Origin: a virus
Lineage: Duplodnaviria > Heunggongvirae > Uroviricota > Caudoviricetes
Strand: one strand, 5' to 3'
Virus record (IMG/VR): IMGVR_UViG_2534681658_000013
DNA length: 35,120 nucleotides
Shown piece after piece: positions 16,193-26,832 of the stretch. The translations under genes and the position numbers were made by a program. The notes beneath the pieces are model-generated. The model was given only the letters and a program-made list of their open reading frames with translations, was not told where the DNA came from and did not search any database. Numbering within the stretch: position 1 is the stretch's first letter; each line of letters opens with the position of its first letter.

Positions 16193-16368
16193 CGCGGTTT
16201 TTCACTATTTATGAAAATTTTTCAGGGAAAATCGTGTCGGTACTTCTCGAATATAACTTTTTGTTTTTTTTTATATTGCATCCGTAAAGGTCCGACATGA
16301 AAGTGTCCGAAAATGCCTTTTTCTGGCGTTTTCATGTCGGGCCTTGTATTTGATAATGGGTTGTTTTC

Positions 16369-16917
16369 ATGAAGGTTAATAAAAAGAGGCTTGCCGAAAT
16401 TTTCAACGTGGACCCGCGGACGATTGAACGCTGGCAGTCTCAGGGACTCCCTTGCGCCTCCAAAGGTAGTAAGGGCATTGAATCTGTATTTGATACTGCC
16501 ATGGCAATTCAGTGGTATGCGCAGAGGGAAACTGATATCGAAAACGAAAAGCTCCGCAAAGAACTGGACGATTTGCGTGCGGCAGCGGAGTCAGATTTAC
16601 AACCCGGCACCATTGACTATGAACGCTACCGGCTCACAAAAGCGCAGGCAGATGCGCAGGAACTGAAAAATGCCCGTGAAGACGGAGTAGTGCTGGAAAC
16701 TGAACTGTTTACCTTCATTCTGCAACGTGTGGCACAGGAGATTTCGGGGATACTTGTGCGTGTGCCGTTGACATTACAGCGTAAATATCCGGACATTTCA
16801 CCATCACACCTTGATGTGGTGAAAACTGAAATCGCGAAAGCCTCCAATGTTTCAGCTAAGGCCGGTGAAAACGTGGGCGGGTGGATCGATGATTTCAGAC
16901 GCGCAGAAGGCAGCTAA
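16369..16917 (+). CDS. nu1: Terminase small subunit Nu1
   Basis: N-terminus [28 protein letters not shown] is near-identical in pattern to lambda Nu1 (MEVNKKQLADIFGASIRTIQNWQEQGMP); 182 aa. Confidence 0.9.
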   Translation: MKVNKKRLAEIFNVDPRTIERWQSQGLPCASKGSKGIESVFDTAMAIQWYAQRETDIENEKLRKELDDLRAAAESDLQPGTIDYERYRLTKAQADAQELKNAREDGVVLETELFTFILQRVAQEISGILVRVPLTLQRKYPDISPSHLDVVKTEIAKASNVSAKAGENVGGWIDDFRRAEGS

Positions 16918-18817
16918 TGCAGCCGGTGCGATAGCAACAGGGCTTTTATCTCTCATTATTCCTGTTCCACTGACGACAGTTCAGTGGGCCAATAAACATT
17001 ATTACCTTCCTAAAGAGTCGTCTTATACCCCGGGGCGGTGGGAAACACTGCCGTTTCAGGTTGGCATCATGAACTGTATGGGCAACGATTTGATTCGCAC
17101 TGTTAACCTGATTAAATCTGCCCGTGTTGGTTATACAAAGATGTTGCTGGGAGTGGAGGCTTATTTTATTGAGCATAAATCACGCAACAGCCTTCTTTTT
17201 CAGCCCACGGACTCAGCTGCTGAAGATTTTATGAAATCTCATGTTGAGCCAACGATAAGGGAGGTTCCTGCGTTGCTGGAGCTGGCTCCATGGTTCGGAA
17301 GAAAACACCGCGATAATACGCTCACCCTGAAGCGTTTTTCCTCCGGTGTGGGTTTCTGGTGTCTGGGGGGAGCGGCAGCAAAAAACTACCGTGAAAAATC
17401 CGTGGATGTGGTCTGTTATGACGAGCTTTCCTCGTTCGAACCGGATGTTGAAAAAGAGGGTTCGCCAACCCTGCTGGGGGATAAACGTATTGAGGGCTCT
17501 GTATGGCCCAAATCCATTCGCGGCTCGACTCCTAAAATCAAAGGCTCCTGCCAGATCGAAAAAGCCGCTAACGAGTCGGCACACTTCATGCGTTTTTATG
17601 TGCCCTGTCCGCACTGTGGGGAGGAGCAGTATCTGAAATTTGGCGATGAGTCCACGCCTTTTGGGCTTAAATGGGAGAAGGACAGCCCCGAAAGCGTTTT
17701 CTACCTCTGTGAGCATCATGGCTGCGTGATCCATCAGTCTGAACTGGACCAGAGTAACGGGCGGTGGATCTGTGAAAACACGGGCATGTGGACCCGTGAC
17801 GGCCTGACGTTTTTCAGCGCTGCGGGTAATGAAATTCCGCCGCCGCGCTCCATCACTTTCCATATCTGGACGGCGTACAGTCCGTTCACCACCTGGGTAC
17901 AGATTGTCTATGACTGGCTGGATGCACTGAAAGATCCCAACGGCCTGAAAACCTTTGTGAACACCACGCTGGGCGAGACCTGGGAAGAGGCTGTGGGCGA
18001 AAAAATCGATCACCAGGTACTGATGGATAAGGTTGTGCGTTACACGGCGGCGGTGCCTGCCCGGGTGGTTTATCTGACGGCGGGCATTGACTCGCAGCGA
18101 AACCGTTTTGAGATGTATGTCTGGGGATGGGCTCCGGGAGAGGAAGCCTTTCTGGTGGATAAAATCATCATTATGGGGCGTCCCGATGAGGAAGAGACGC
18201 TGTTACGTGTGGATGCGGCGATCAACAAAAAATACCGCCATGCAGACGGAACCGAAATGACTATTTCCCGTGTCTGCTGGGACATCGGGGGGATCGATGG
18301 CGAAATCGTTTATCAGAGGTCAAAAAAACACGGTGTTTTCCGGGTGCTGCCGGTAAAAGGCGCATCTGTCTATGGCAAGCCGGTGATCACCATGCCAAAA
18401 ACCCGCAATCAGCGGGGCGTGTATCTGTGTGAAGTGGGGACGGACACCGCAAAAGAAATTCTCTATGCCCGTATGAAAGCCGATCCCACGCCTGTGGATG
18501 AAGCCACGTCGTATGCCATCCGTTTTCCTGATGATCCGGAGATTTTTTCGCAGACAGAGGCGCAGCAACTGGTCGCGGAAGAGCTTGTGGAGAAGTGGGA
18601 AAAAGGAAAGATGCGTCTGCTGTGGGATAACAAAAAGCGGCGTAACGAAGCGCTGGACTGCCTGGTGTATGCCTACGCGGCATTACGTGTGTCCGTGCAA
18701 CGCTGGCAGCTTGATCTGGCTGTACTGGCAAAATCCCGGGAAGAAGAGACGACCCGGCCAACCCTTAAAGAACTGGCAGCGAAGCTGTCCGGAGGAGTGA
18801 ATGGTTACAGTCGCTGA
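16889..18817 (+). CDS. A: Terminase large subunit A
   Basis: Long blocks match lambda gpA as recalled ([20 protein letters not shown], KSARVGYxKMLLG, [19 protein letters not shown], [15 protein letters not shown]); start overlaps the Nu1 end. The ORF track starts 14 codons earlier at 16847. Confidence 0.9.
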   Translation: MISDAQKAANAAGAIATGLLSLIIPVPLTTVQWANKHYYLPKESSYTPGRWETLPFQVGIMNCMGNDLIRTVNLIKSARVGYTKMLLGVEAYFIEHKSRNSLLFQPTDSAAEDFMKSHVEPTIREVPALLELAPWFGRKHRDNTLTLKRFSSGVGFWCLGGAAAKNYREKSVDVVCYDELSSFEPDVEKEGSPTLLGDKRIEGSVWPKSIRGSTPKIKGSCQIEKAANESAHFMRFYVPCPHCGEEQYLKFGDESTPFGLKWEKDSPESVFYLCEHHGCVIHQSELDQSNGRWICENTGMWTRDGLTFFSAAGNEIPPPRSITFHIWTAYSPFTTWVQIVYDWLDALKDPNGLKTFVNTTLGETWEEAVGEKIDHQVLMDKVVRYTAAVPARVVYLTAGIDSQRNRFEMYVWGWAPGEEAFLVDKIIIMGRPDEEETLLRVDAAINKKYRHADGTEMTISRVCWDIGGIDGEIVYQRSKKHGVFRVLPVKGASVYGKPVITMPKTRNQRGVYLCEVGTDTAKEILYARMKADPTPVDEATSYAIRFPDDPEIFSQTEAQQLVAEELVEKWEKGKMRLLWDNKKRRNEALDCLVYAYAALRVSVQRWQLDLAVLAKSREEETTRPTLKELAAKLSGGVNGYSR

Positions 18818-19007
18818 ACTGCAGGCGCTGCGTCAGGCGCGCCTTGATTTATTAACCGGTAAACGGGTGGTGTCTGTCCAGAAAGATGGTCGCAGAATTG
18901 AATATACGGCGGCTTCTCTGGATGAGCTTAACCGGGCGATCAATGATGCGGAGTCGGTACTGGGGACAACCCGGCGTCGCCGTCGTCCGCTGGGAGTGAG
19001 GTTATGA
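18801..19007 (+). CDS. W: Head-tail joining protein W
   Basis: 68 aa, LLTGKRVVSVQKDGRRIEYTAASL resembles lambda gpW. Confidence 0.85.
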   Translation: MVTVAELQALRQARLDLLTGKRVVSVQKDGRRIEYTAASLDELNRAINDAESVLGTTRRRRRPLGVRL

Positions 19008-20596
19008 AACGAACGCCTGTCCTGATTGATGTGAACGGCGTTCCGCTTCGTGAGAGTCTCAGCTACAACGGGGGCGGTGCAGGATTTGGCGGGCAAATGG
19101 CTGAGTGGTTGCCACCGGCGCAGAGTGCCGATGCGGCCCTGCTACCCGCGTTGCGTCTGGGGAATGCCCGGGCAGATGATCTGGTGCGCAATAACGGAAT
19201 AGCGGCTAATGCGGTGGCTCTGCATAAGGATCACATTGTCGGGCATATGTTTCTGATCAGCTACCGTCCGAACTGGCGCTGGCTGGGGATGCGGGAGACC
19301 GCAGCAAAAAGCTTTGTCGATGAGGTGGAGGCGGCCTGGTCGGAATACGCCGAAGGGATGTTTGGCGAGATCGACGTGGAAGGAAAACGCACGTTCACGG
19401 AATTTATCCGTGAAGGTGTGGGCGTTCATGCGTTTAACGGCGAAATCTTTGTGCAGCCGGTCTGGGATACGGAAACCACGCAGTTATTCCGTACGCGTTT
19501 TAAAGCCGTGAGTCCGAAACGGGTGGACACGCCTGGACACGGTATGGGGAACCGTTTTCTGCGGGCCGGTGTGGAGGTCGATCGATATGGCCGTGCCGTC
19601 GCGTACCATATTTGTGAGGACGATTTTCCGTTCTCTGGTAGTGGACGATGGGAACGGATCCCGCGTGAACTTCCCACCGGGCGTCCGGCCATGCTGCATA
19701 TTTTCGAGCCGGTGGAGGACGGGCAGACCCGTGGGGCTAATCAGTTTTACAGCGTCATGGAACGGCTGAAGATGCTCGATTCCCTGCAGGCAACACAGCT
19801 TCAGTCGGCCATAGTGAAGGCGATGTATGCAGCGACGATTGAAAGTGAACTTGATACCGAAAAGGCCTTTGAATATATCGCCGGTGCGCCGCAGGGGCAG
19901 AAGGATAATCCGCTTATTAATATTCTGGATAAGTTCTCCACCTGGTATGACACGAATAGCGTGACGCTGGGCGGTGTCAAAATTCCGCACCTTTTCCCCG
20001 GTGATGATCTGAAACTTCAGACCGCGCAGGATTCAGACAATGGATTTTCGGCGCTTGAACAGGCGCTGCTGCGGTATATCGCCGCCGGTCTTGGCGTTTC
20101 CTACGAACAGTTGTCCCGTGATTACTCGAAGGTCAGTTATTCAAGTGCCCGCGCATCCGCCAATGAGTCGTGGCGCTATTTTATGGGGCGGCGAAAATTT
20201 ATTGCGTCCCGGCTGGCCACGCAGATGTTTTCCTGCTGGCTGGAAGAGGCACTTCTTCGGGGGATTATTCGTCCGCCACGGGCACGTTTTGATTTTTATC
20301 AGGCGCGATCAGCCTGGTCACGGGCTGAGTGGATTGGAGCCGGAAGAATGGCCATTGACGGGCTCAAGGAGGTTCAGGAATCAGTGATGCGCATTGAGGC
20401 CGGACTGAGCACGTATGAGAAAGAGCTGGCGCTGATGGGCGAGGATTATCAGGACATTTTCCGCCAGCAGGTCAGGGAATCTGCAGAGCGGGAAAAAGCC
20501 GGACTCTCACGTCCGGTGTGGATAGCGCAGGCGTATCAGCAGCAGATAGCGGAGAGTCGCAGGCCGGAAGAGGAGACAACACCACGTGAGACGTAA
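19004..20596 (+). CDS. B: Portal protein B
   Basis: 530 aa; size and position match lambda gpB; overlaps W and C. Confidence 0.9.
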   Translation: MKRTPVLIDVNGVPLRESLSYNGGGAGFGGQMAEWLPPAQSADAALLPALRLGNARADDLVRNNGIAANAVALHKDHIVGHMFLISYRPNWRWLGMRETAAKSFVDEVEAAWSEYAEGMFGEIDVEGKRTFTEFIREGVGVHAFNGEIFVQPVWDTETTQLFRTRFKAVSPKRVDTPGHGMGNRFLRAGVEVDRYGRAVAYHICEDDFPFSGSGRWERIPRELPTGRPAMLHIFEPVEDGQTRGANQFYSVMERLKMLDSLQATQLQSAIVKAMYAATIESELDTEKAFEYIAGAPQGQKDNPLINILDKFSTWYDTNSVTLGGVKIPHLFPGDDLKLQTAQDSDNGFSALEQALLRYIAAGLGVSYEQLSRDYSKVSYSSARASANESWRYFMGRRKFIASRLATQMFSCWLEEALLRGIIRPPRARFDFYQARSAWSRAEWIGAGRMAIDGLKEVQESVMRIEAGLSTYEKELALMGEDYQDIFRQQVRESAEREKAGLSRPVWIAQAYQQQIAESRRPEEETTPRET

Positions 20597-21995
20597 TCTT
20601 TCACACATTATTGCCGCAGCATTCAATGAACCGCTGCTTCTGGAGCCCGCCTATGCGCGGGTTTTCTTTTGCGCGCTCGGGCGCGAGATGGGGGCAGCAA
20701 GTCTTTCGGTACCACAACAGCAGGTACAGCTTGATGCTCCCGGAATGCTGGCTGAAACGGACGAGTACATGGCCGGAGGTAAACGACCGGCCCGTGTTTA
20801 CCGGGTGGTGAACGGTATTGCGGTACTGCCGGTGAGCGGCACGCTGGTGCACCGGCTGGGGGGGATGCGGCCATTTTCCGGAATGACTGGCTATGACGGC
20901 ATTGTCGCCTGTCTTCAGCAGGCAATGGCAGATAGCCAGGTGCGGGGCATACTGCTGGACATTGACAGTCCGGGCGGGCAGGCCGCCGGCGCGTTTGACT
21001 GCGCTGACATGATTTACCGCCTCCGGCAGCAGAAGCCGGTCTGGGCACTGTGTAATGACACGGCCTGTTCTGCGGCCATGCTGCTGGCGTCGGCCTGCTC
21101 CCGACGGCTGGTTACCCAGACATCCCGTATCGGTTCCATTGGCGTGATGATGAGCCATGTCAGCTATGCCGGTCATCTGGCGCAGGCCGGTGTGGATATC
21201 ACGCTGATTTACTCAGGGGCGCACAAGGTGGATGGCAATCAGTTTGAAGCGTTGCCGGCAGAGGTTCGCCAGGACATGCAGCAGCGGATTGATGCGGCGC
21301 GCCGGATGTTTGCCGAAAAAGTGGCGATGTTTACCGGTCTGTCTGTTGATGCAGTCACGGGAACAGAGGCCGCTGTTTTTGAAGGTCAGTCCGGCATTGA
21401 GGCCGGGCTGGCGGATGAATTAATCAATGCGTCGGATGCCATCAGTGTGATGGCCACGGCGCTGAACAGTAATGTCAGAGGAGGCACTATGCCGCAATTA
21501 ACTGCAACGGAAGCCGCCGTGCAGGAGAACCAGCGAGTGATGGGGATCCTGACATGCCAGGAAGCGAAAGGACGTGAACAGCTTGCCACGATGCTGGCAG
21601 GGCAACAGGGCATGAGCGTTGAACAGGCCCGGGCGATTCTGGCCGCGGCGGCACCGCAGCAGCCGGTGGCATCCGCGCAGAGTGAAGCCGATCGCATTAT
21701 GGCGTGTGAAGAAGCGAACGGTCGTGAACAACTGGCGGCAACGCTGGCGGCGATGCCGGAGATGACGGTGGAAAAAGCCCGCCCGATCCTGGCGGCCTGC
21801 CCGGGAATGACCGTGGAGAACGCCCGGGCTGTGCTGGCTGCGGGATCAGGTAAGGCCGAACCGGTCTCTGCATCCACAACCGCCCTGTTTGAACATTTCA
21901 TGGCGAATCATTCACCGGCAGCGGTGCGGGGTGGCGTGTCACAGACGTCAGCAGACGGTGATGCGGACGTGAAAATGCTCATGGCCATGCCATGA
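20586..21995 (+). CDS. C: Prohead protease C (S49/ClpP-like) with the in-frame nested scaffold Nu3 in its C-terminal part
   Basis: AFNEPLLLEPAYARVFFCAL, MNGIAVLPVSGTL, GILLDIDSPGG, RRLVTQTSRIGSIGVMM match lambda gpC; the C-terminal RIMGILTCQEAKGREQ and RIMACEEANGREQ repeats are Nu3-like. GTG start at 20586. The Nu3 internal start was not placed. Confidence 0.85.
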   Translation: MRRNLSHIIAAAFNEPLLLEPAYARVFFCALGREMGAASLSVPQQQVQLDAPGMLAETDEYMAGGKRPARVYRVVNGIAVLPVSGTLVHRLGGMRPFSGMTGYDGIVACLQQAMADSQVRGILLDIDSPGGQAAGAFDCADMIYRLRQQKPVWALCNDTACSAAMLLASACSRRLVTQTSRIGSIGVMMSHVSYAGHLAQAGVDITLIYSGAHKVDGNQFEALPAEVRQDMQQRIDAARRMFAEKVAMFTGLSVDAVTGTEAAVFEGQSGIEAGLADELINASDAISVMATALNSNVRGGTMPQLTATEAAVQENQRVMGILTCQEAKGREQLATMLAGQQGMSVEQARAILAAAAPQQPVASAQSEADRIMACEEANGREQLAATLAAMPEMTVEKARPILAACPGMTVENARAVLAAGSGKAEPVSASTTALFEHFMANHSPAAVRGGVSQTSADGDADVKMLMAMP

Positions 21996-22031
21996 AGTCA
22001 GTGCTGACCATCAATATGAGGTTTTAACAAA

Positions 22032-22379
22032 ATGGTGACGAAAACCATCACTGAACAGCGTGCGGAAGTACGTATTTTTGCCGGTAATGATCCGGCTCAT
22101 ACCGCCACAGGCAGCAGCGGGATTTCTTCTGCAACACCGGCTCTGACGCCCCTGATGCTGGATGAAGCCACCGGGAAACTGGTGGTCTGGGATGGACAGA
22201 AAGCCGGTAGTGCGGTTGGCATACTGGTACTGCCGCTTGAAGGCACAGAGACGGTGCTGACCTATTACAAGTCGGGGACCTTTGCGACGGAGGCAATCCG
22301 CTGGCCTGACAGTGTGGATGAACACAAAAAGGCAAATGCCTTTGCCGGCACAGCCCTGAGTCACGCGGCTCTGCCGTAA
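22032..22379 (+). CDS. D: Head decoration protein D
   Basis: DPAHTATGSSG...TPLMLDEATGKLVVWDG...GILVLPLEG...YYKSGTF matches lambda gpD. Confidence 0.85.
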   Translation: MVTKTITEQRAEVRIFAGNDPAHTATGSSGISSATPALTPLMLDEATGKLVVWDGQKAGSAVGILVLPLEGTETVLTYYKSGTFATEAIRWPDSVDEHKKANAFAGTALSHAALP

Positions 22380-22436
22380 CACGTTATCAGGCCACCATGG
22401 TGACCTGACTGATTTCTGAATGAAAGGAACTGATTT

Positions 22437-23465
22437 ATGGGATTGTTTACGACCCGCCAGTTACTCGGTTATACCGAACAAAAAGTGAAATTCCGTGCGC
22501 TGTTTCTGGAGCTGTTTTTCCGCCGTACGGTGAATTTCCACACCGAAGAGGTGATGCTGGACAAAATTACCGGAAAAACGCCGGTGGCGGCCTATGTCTC
22601 CCCGATCGTTGAAGGAAAAGTGCTTCGCCATCGCGGTGGTGAAACCCGCGTGTTACGTCCGGGCTACGTCAAGCCGAAACACGAATTTAATTACCAGCAG
22701 GCGGTTGAGCGCCTTCCTGGTGAAGATCCGGCTCAGCTGAACGACCCGGCCTACCGTCGTCTGCGTATCATTACCGATAACCTCAAACAGGAAGAGCACG
22801 CCATTGTCCAGGTGGAAGAAATGCAGGCGGTGAATGCCGTGCTGTATGGCAAATACACCATGGAAGGGGATCAGTTTGATACTGTCGAGGTGGATTTCGG
22901 GCGCTCTGAAGGAAATAACATTGAGCAGGCTGACGGTAAAAAATGGTCTGAGCAGGACCGTGATACGTTTGATCCGACGCATGATATTGACCTCTACTGC
23001 GATCAGGCCAGCGGCCTTGTGAATATCGCCATTATGGACGGTACGGTCTGGCGTCTGCTGAATGGCTTTAAGCTGTTCCGCGAAAAACTGGATACCCGTC
23101 GCGGCTCAAATTCACAACTCGAAACGGCAGTGAAAGATCTGGGCGCAGTGGTGTCCTTCAAGGGGTATTACGGCGATCTGGCCATTGTGGTGGCGAAAAC
23201 GTCTTATGTGGCAGAGGACGGTACCGAAAAACGTTATCTGCCGGAGGGCATGCTGGTGTTGGGGAATACGGCGGCAGAGGGGATTCGTTGCTATGGTGCC
23301 ATTAAGGATGCACAGGCGTTGTCTGAAGGAGTGGTGGCTTCTTCCCGTTACCCGAAACACTGGCTGACCGTGGGCGATCCGTCCTGTGAATTCACCATGA
23401 CGCAGTCCGCTCCGCTGATGGTGCTGCCGGATCCGGATGAGTTTGTGGTGGTACAGGTGAAATAA
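22437..23465 (+). CDS. E: Major capsid protein E
   Basis: 342 aa; YVSPIVEGKVLRHRGGE, PGYVKPKHE, EEMQAVNAVLYGKYTMEGD, SQLETAVKDLG, MTQSAPLMVLPDPDEFVVVQV match lambda gpE. Confidence 0.9.
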   Translation: MGLFTTRQLLGYTEQKVKFRALFLELFFRRTVNFHTEEVMLDKITGKTPVAAYVSPIVEGKVLRHRGGETRVLRPGYVKPKHEFNYQQAVERLPGEDPAQLNDPAYRRLRIITDNLKQEEHAIVQVEEMQAVNAVLYGKYTMEGDQFDTVEVDFGRSEGNNIEQADGKKWSEQDRDTFDPTHDIDLYCDQASGLVNIAIMDGTVWRLLNGFKLFREKLDTRRGSNSQLETAVKDLGAVVSFKGYYGDLAIVVAKTSYVAEDGTEKRYLPEGMLVLGNTAAEGIRCYGAIKDAQALSEGVVASSRYPKHWLTVGDPSCEFTMTQSAPLMVLPDPDEFVVVQVK

Positions 23466-23473
23466 TCCGTGAG

Positions 23474-23502
23474 CGGGGGCGAAATGCCCCCGTGTCTTTT
23501 TT
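23474..23502 (+). terminator. GC-rich hairpin with U-tract after the major capsid gene (terminator/attenuator)
   Basis: cgggggc-gaaat-gcccccg followed by TGTCTTTTTTC; sits between E and the FI RBS (AGGAGG). Confidence 0.5.
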
Positions 23503-23516
23503 CACAGGAGGCTGAG

Positions 23517-23900
23517 ATGGCAACAAAAGAAGAAAATCTGAATCGTCTTCGTCAACTGGCTGACCTGCTGGGGCGCGAGGCGGATATGTCGGGGAGTGCT
23601 GCGGATATTGCTCAACGTGTGTCTGAGTGGGAAGAGGAGCTTGCTGTTTCCCCGGAGGGCATTATGCACTCTGATGAGAGCGGGGCTGATCAAAATCACA
23701 CAGACGATGGTGAGCAGTTGAACAACACGGATGCTCCGGATGATGTTAAAGCCGTCCGGGTACGGAAGTGCCTGCAAGTAATGGGGTATTGCCCGGAGAC
23801 AGGTCGTCCCGTTGAGCTGGCGTTACGGGGTATGCGTGTTCTGGTGCCATCATCACTGGCAACGGCCATGATACAGCACGGAACGGCTGAATATGCGTGA
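23517..23900 (+). CDS. FI: DNA packaging protein FI
   Basis: Position and size match lambda FI; ATG at 23517 after an AGGAGG RBS. The ORF track begins at 23469 in the same frame, but that would overlap the hairpin. Confidence 0.75.
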   Translation: MATKEENLNRLRQLADLLGREADMSGSAADIAQRVSEWEEELAVSPEGIMHSDESGADQNHTDDGEQLNNTDAPDDVKAVRVRKCLQVMGYCPETGRPVELALRGMRVLVPSSLATAMIQHGTAEYA

Positions 23901-24246
23901 TTTTCAGAATGCCTTTGATGCTGCCCTCGCCGGGGTAGACAGTACGATCGTTGAAGTGATGGGGCTCTGTGCGCAGTTCACCTCGGGGGCACAGTGTGGC
24001 AGCGAAGTTCAGGGGGTTTTTGATGATCCGGAGTCGCTGGGGTTTGCCGGTGGCGGGGTCCGTATTGAAGGAAGCAGCCCGTCATTATTTGTGCGGACGG
24101 ATACGGTTCGTGCCGTGCGGCGTGGTGACACGCTGACCATTAATGGTGAGATATTCTGGGTGGATCGTGTTTCTCCGGATGACGGGGGCAGCTGTTATCT
24201 CTGGCTCAACCGTGGTCAACCACCCGCAGTTAACCGGCGACGATAA
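23893..24246 (+). CDS. FII: Head-tail connector FII
   Basis: 117 aa; GVFDDPE, GVRIEGSSPSLFVRTD, FWVDRVSPDDGGSC, PPAVNRRR match lambda FII. Confidence 0.85.
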   Translation: MRDFQNAFDAALAGVDSTIVEVMGLCAQFTSGAQCGSEVQGVFDDPESLGFAGGGVRIEGSSPSLFVRTDTVRAVRRGDTLTINGEIFWVDRVSPDDGGSCYLWLNRGQPPAVNRRR

Positions 24247-24261
24247 ACGCAGGGTGAAATT

Positions 24262-24795
24262 ATGGCGATAAAAGGGCTTGATCAGGCGATTGACAATCTG
24301 AGCCGGGTTCGTAAAAACGCCATTCCGGCGGCTTCAGCAATGGCCATTAACCGCGTGGCCACAACGGCGATTAATCAGTCTTCATCACAGGTTGCCCGGG
24401 AGACAAAGATTCGCCGGAAACTGGTTAAGGAACGGTCCAGACTGAAACGGGCGACGGTCAGAAATCCGAATGCCAGAATTATCGTTAACCGCGGTGATCT
24501 CCCTGTGATTAAGCTGGGGATCAGGATGCTGGGGCGTCGCCCGAACAGCATACTTAAAGCCGGTCAGCATCGGTATCAGCGGGCATTTATTCAGCGATTA
24601 AAAAATGGTCGCTGGCATGTCATGCAGCGTGTGGCCGGGAAAAACCGTTACCCCATTGATGTGGTGAAAATCCCGATGGCGGCCCCACTGAAACAGGCAT
24701 TTGATGAGAATGTTGACCGTATCCGGCGTGAACGCCTGCCTAAAGAACTGGCATACGCGCTGAAACAACAACTGAGGATTGCAATAAAACGATGA
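24262..24795 (+). CDS. Z: Tail completion protein Z
   Basis: MAIKGL...AMAINRVA...VARETK.RRKLVKER.RLKRATV...NGRWHVMQRVAGKNRYPIDVVKIPMA match lambda gpZ. Confidence 0.85.
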   Translation: MAIKGLDQAIDNLSRVRKNAIPAASAMAINRVATTAINQSSSQVARETKIRRKLVKERSRLKRATVRNPNARIIVNRGDLPVIKLGIRMLGRRPNSILKAGQHRYQRAFIQRLKNGRWHVMQRVAGKNRYPIDVVKIPMAAPLKQAFDENVDRIRRERLPKELAYALKQQLRIAIKR

Positions 24796-25187
24796 AACAC
24801 ACTGACATTCGTGCCGCAGTGCTGGATGCACTCGAGCAGCATGAACACGGGGCGACGCTGTTTGATGGTCGCCCCGTTGTTTTTGACGAAGAGGATTTTC
24901 CTGCGATCGCGGTTTATCTGACGGATGCAGAGTATACCGGTGAAGAGCTGGATGCAGATACCTGGCGGGCCACGCTGCATATTGAGGTGTTTTTACCGGC
25001 ACAGGTACCGGATTCAGAGCTTGATCAGTGGATGGAAAGCCGGATTTACCCGGCGATGACCGCGATCCCGGCACTGGCAGGACTGATTACCACGATGGTT
25101 ACGCAGGGCTATGAGTATCGTCGTGATGACGATATGGCGTTATGGAGTTCTGCAGATCTGACTTATTCCATTACATACGAGATGTGA
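24792..25187 (+). CDS. U: Tail terminator U
   Basis: 131 aa, [15 protein letters not shown]...[25 protein letters not shown] near-identical in pattern to lambda gpU. Confidence 0.9.
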   Translation: MKHTDIRAAVLDALEQHEHGATLFDGRPVVFDEEDFPAIAVYLTDAEYTGEELDADTWRATLHIEVFLPAQVPDSELDQWMESRIYPAMTAIPALAGLITTMVTQGYEYRRDDDMALWSSADLTYSITYEM

Positions 25188-25194
25188 GGACGAT

Positions 25195-25947
25195 ATGGCA
25201 ACACCAAATCCCCTTGAGCCGGTAAAAGGTGCCGGTACCACTCTGTGGGTTTACAACGGCAAGGGTGATGCTTATGCAAACCCGTTGTCAGACGATGACT
25301 GGCAGCGACTGGCTAAGGTGAAGGATCTGACGCCGGGCGAGATGACGGCAGAATCCTACGATGATAACTACCTGGATGATGAAGACGCGGACTGGACCGC
25401 GACCGGGCAGGGGCAGAAATCTGCAGGTGATACCAGTTTTACGCTGGCCTGGAAACCGGGAGAGGAAGGCCAGAAAGGGCTTATAGGCTGGTTTGAAAGC
25501 GGCGATGTCCGGGCCTATAAAATCCGTTTTCCGAATGGCACGGTGGATGTGTTTCGTGGCTGGGTCAGCAGTATCGGTAAGGCCGTGACGGCGAAAGAAG
25601 TGATCACCCGCACGGTGAAAGTCACTAACGTGGGTAAACCTTCTGTAGCGGAAGAACGCAGCAAAATTACGCCGGTCAGTGCGATTAAGGTGACGCCGAC
25701 ATCCGGTACGGTGGCAAAAGGGAAAACAACCACCCTGACGGTTTCTTTTGAGCCGGAAAGTGCAACCGACAAGACGTTCAGAGCGGTTTCCGCCGATCCG
25801 TCGAAAGCCACCATTAGTGTGAAAGATATGACAATTACGGTAAACGGCGTGGCGACAGGTAAGGTGCAGATCCCTGTGGTGAGCGGAAATGGTCAGTTCG
25901 CCGCAGTGGCTGAAGTCACCGTTACTGAAGCGGGCGCTGCAGGGTAA
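25195..25947 (+). CDS. V: Major tail tube protein V with C-terminal Ig-like domain
   Basis: [65 protein letters not shown] match lambda gpV. Confidence 0.9.
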   Translation: MATPNPLEPVKGAGTTLWVYNGKGDAYANPLSDDDWQRLAKVKDLTPGEMTAESYDDNYLDDEDADWTATGQGQKSAGDTSFTLAWKPGEEGQKGLIGWFESGDVRAYKIRFPNGTVDVFRGWVSSIGKAVTAKEVITRTVKVTNVGKPSVAEERSKITPVSAIKVTPTSGTVAKGKTTTLTVSFEPESATDKTFRAVSADPSKATISVKDMTITVNGVATGKVQIPVVSGNGQFAAVAEVTVTEAGAAG

Positions 25948-25960
25948 ACGGAGGTAATAC

Positions 25961-26392
25961 ATGTTTCTGAAAACAGAACAATTTGAATATAACGGTGTGT
26001 CTGTCACGCTTTCCGAATTGTCTGCGCTGCAGCGTATCGAGCATCTTGCCCTCCTGAAACGGCGTGCAGAACAGGCAGAATCCTGCGGCAACCTGCAGGT
26101 AAGCGTGGAAGATCTCGTCAGAACCGGCGCGTTTCTGGTGGCGATGTCCCTGTGGCATAACCATCCACAGAAAACGCAGTCACCGTCAATGAATGAGGCC
26201 GTGATGAAGATAGAGCAGGAAGTGCTCACCACCTGGCCTGCCGATGCCATTGCCCGGGCGGAAGACGTGGTGTTGTGCCTGTCCGGGATGATCGAAGCTG
26301 TTCGTCCGGATACTGATATTACTGAAGTGGCGAAAAATAACACGCTGACTGATGATGATTTTTCTGCGGGAAAGTCTTCGACGGCGAGCTGA
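25961..26392 (+). CDS. G: Tail assembly chaperone G
   Basis: MFLKTEQFEYNGVSVTLSELSALQRIEHLALLKRRAEQAES matches lambda gpG; ends SAGKSSTAS with a slippery site just before the stop. Confidence 0.85.
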   Translation: MFLKTEQFEYNGVSVTLSELSALQRIEHLALLKRRAEQAESCGNLQVSVEDLVRTGAFLVAMSLWHNHPQKTQSPSMNEAVMKIEQEVLTTWPADAIARAEDVVLCLSGMIEAVRPDTDITEVAKNNTLTDDDFSAGKSSTAS

Positions 26393-26832
26393 ACTTTGCC
26401 CTCAGACTGGCGCGTGAGATGGGGAGACCCGACTGGCGCGCCATGCTTGCCGGGATGACATCCACCGAATATGCCGACTGGCACCGTTTTTACCGCACGC
26501 ATTATTTTCAGGATACCCAGCTGGATATGCATTTTTCCGGGCTGACGTACGCTGTACTCAGCCTGTTTTTTTGCGATCCGGATATGCATCCCTCTGATTT
26601 CAGTCTGCTTGTCCCCCGGCATGAGGAAGAGCAGGTGGAGAGGCCGGATGAGGACAAAATGCTGATGCAGAAAGCGGCAGGACTTGCCGGAGGCGTCCGG
26701 TTCGGTGGGGACGGAGGGCGCGATATTTTATCGTCTGCGGATGTGGCGGATGTCATGGTGGATGATGCCGCATTAATGATGGCTTCAGCGGGGATTCCGG
26801 GAGGTGTGAGATATGTCCCAGCCGGTTGGTGA
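25961..26832 (+). CDS. T: G-T fusion tail assembly chaperone produced by -1 frameshifting (T part from about 26374 to 26832)
   Basis: The T reading frame (ORF track 26419..26832) is open back to the slippery site and has no independent RBS; the arrangement is conserved in lambda-like tails. Confidence 0.65.
26368..26374 (+). other. Programmed -1 ribosomal frameshift slippery heptamer (G GGA AAG) for G-T
   Basis: GGGAAAG lies in the G frame as G-GGA-AAG; a -1 shift continues as GKVFDGELNFALRLAREMGRPDWRAM..., which matches lambda gpT. Confidence 0.7.

Noticed and set aside
16094-16300. 68-aa plus-strand ORF
   Set aside because: Overlaps the cos site and the Nu1 upstream region; no RBS; lambda has no gene here.
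17213-18013. 266-aa minus-strand ORF
   Set aside because: Lies entirely antisense within the terminase large subunit gene, which has strong lambda gpA similarity.
20601-21901. Minus-strand ORFs of 141 to 191 aa inside the C/Nu3 region
   Set aside because: Antisense to the prohead protease/scaffold gene; Pro/Ala/Arg-rich junk translation.
25288-26622. 444-aa minus-strand ORF
   Set aside because: Antisense to the well-supported V, G and T genes; a stop-free artefact of GC-rich coding sequence on the opposite strand.
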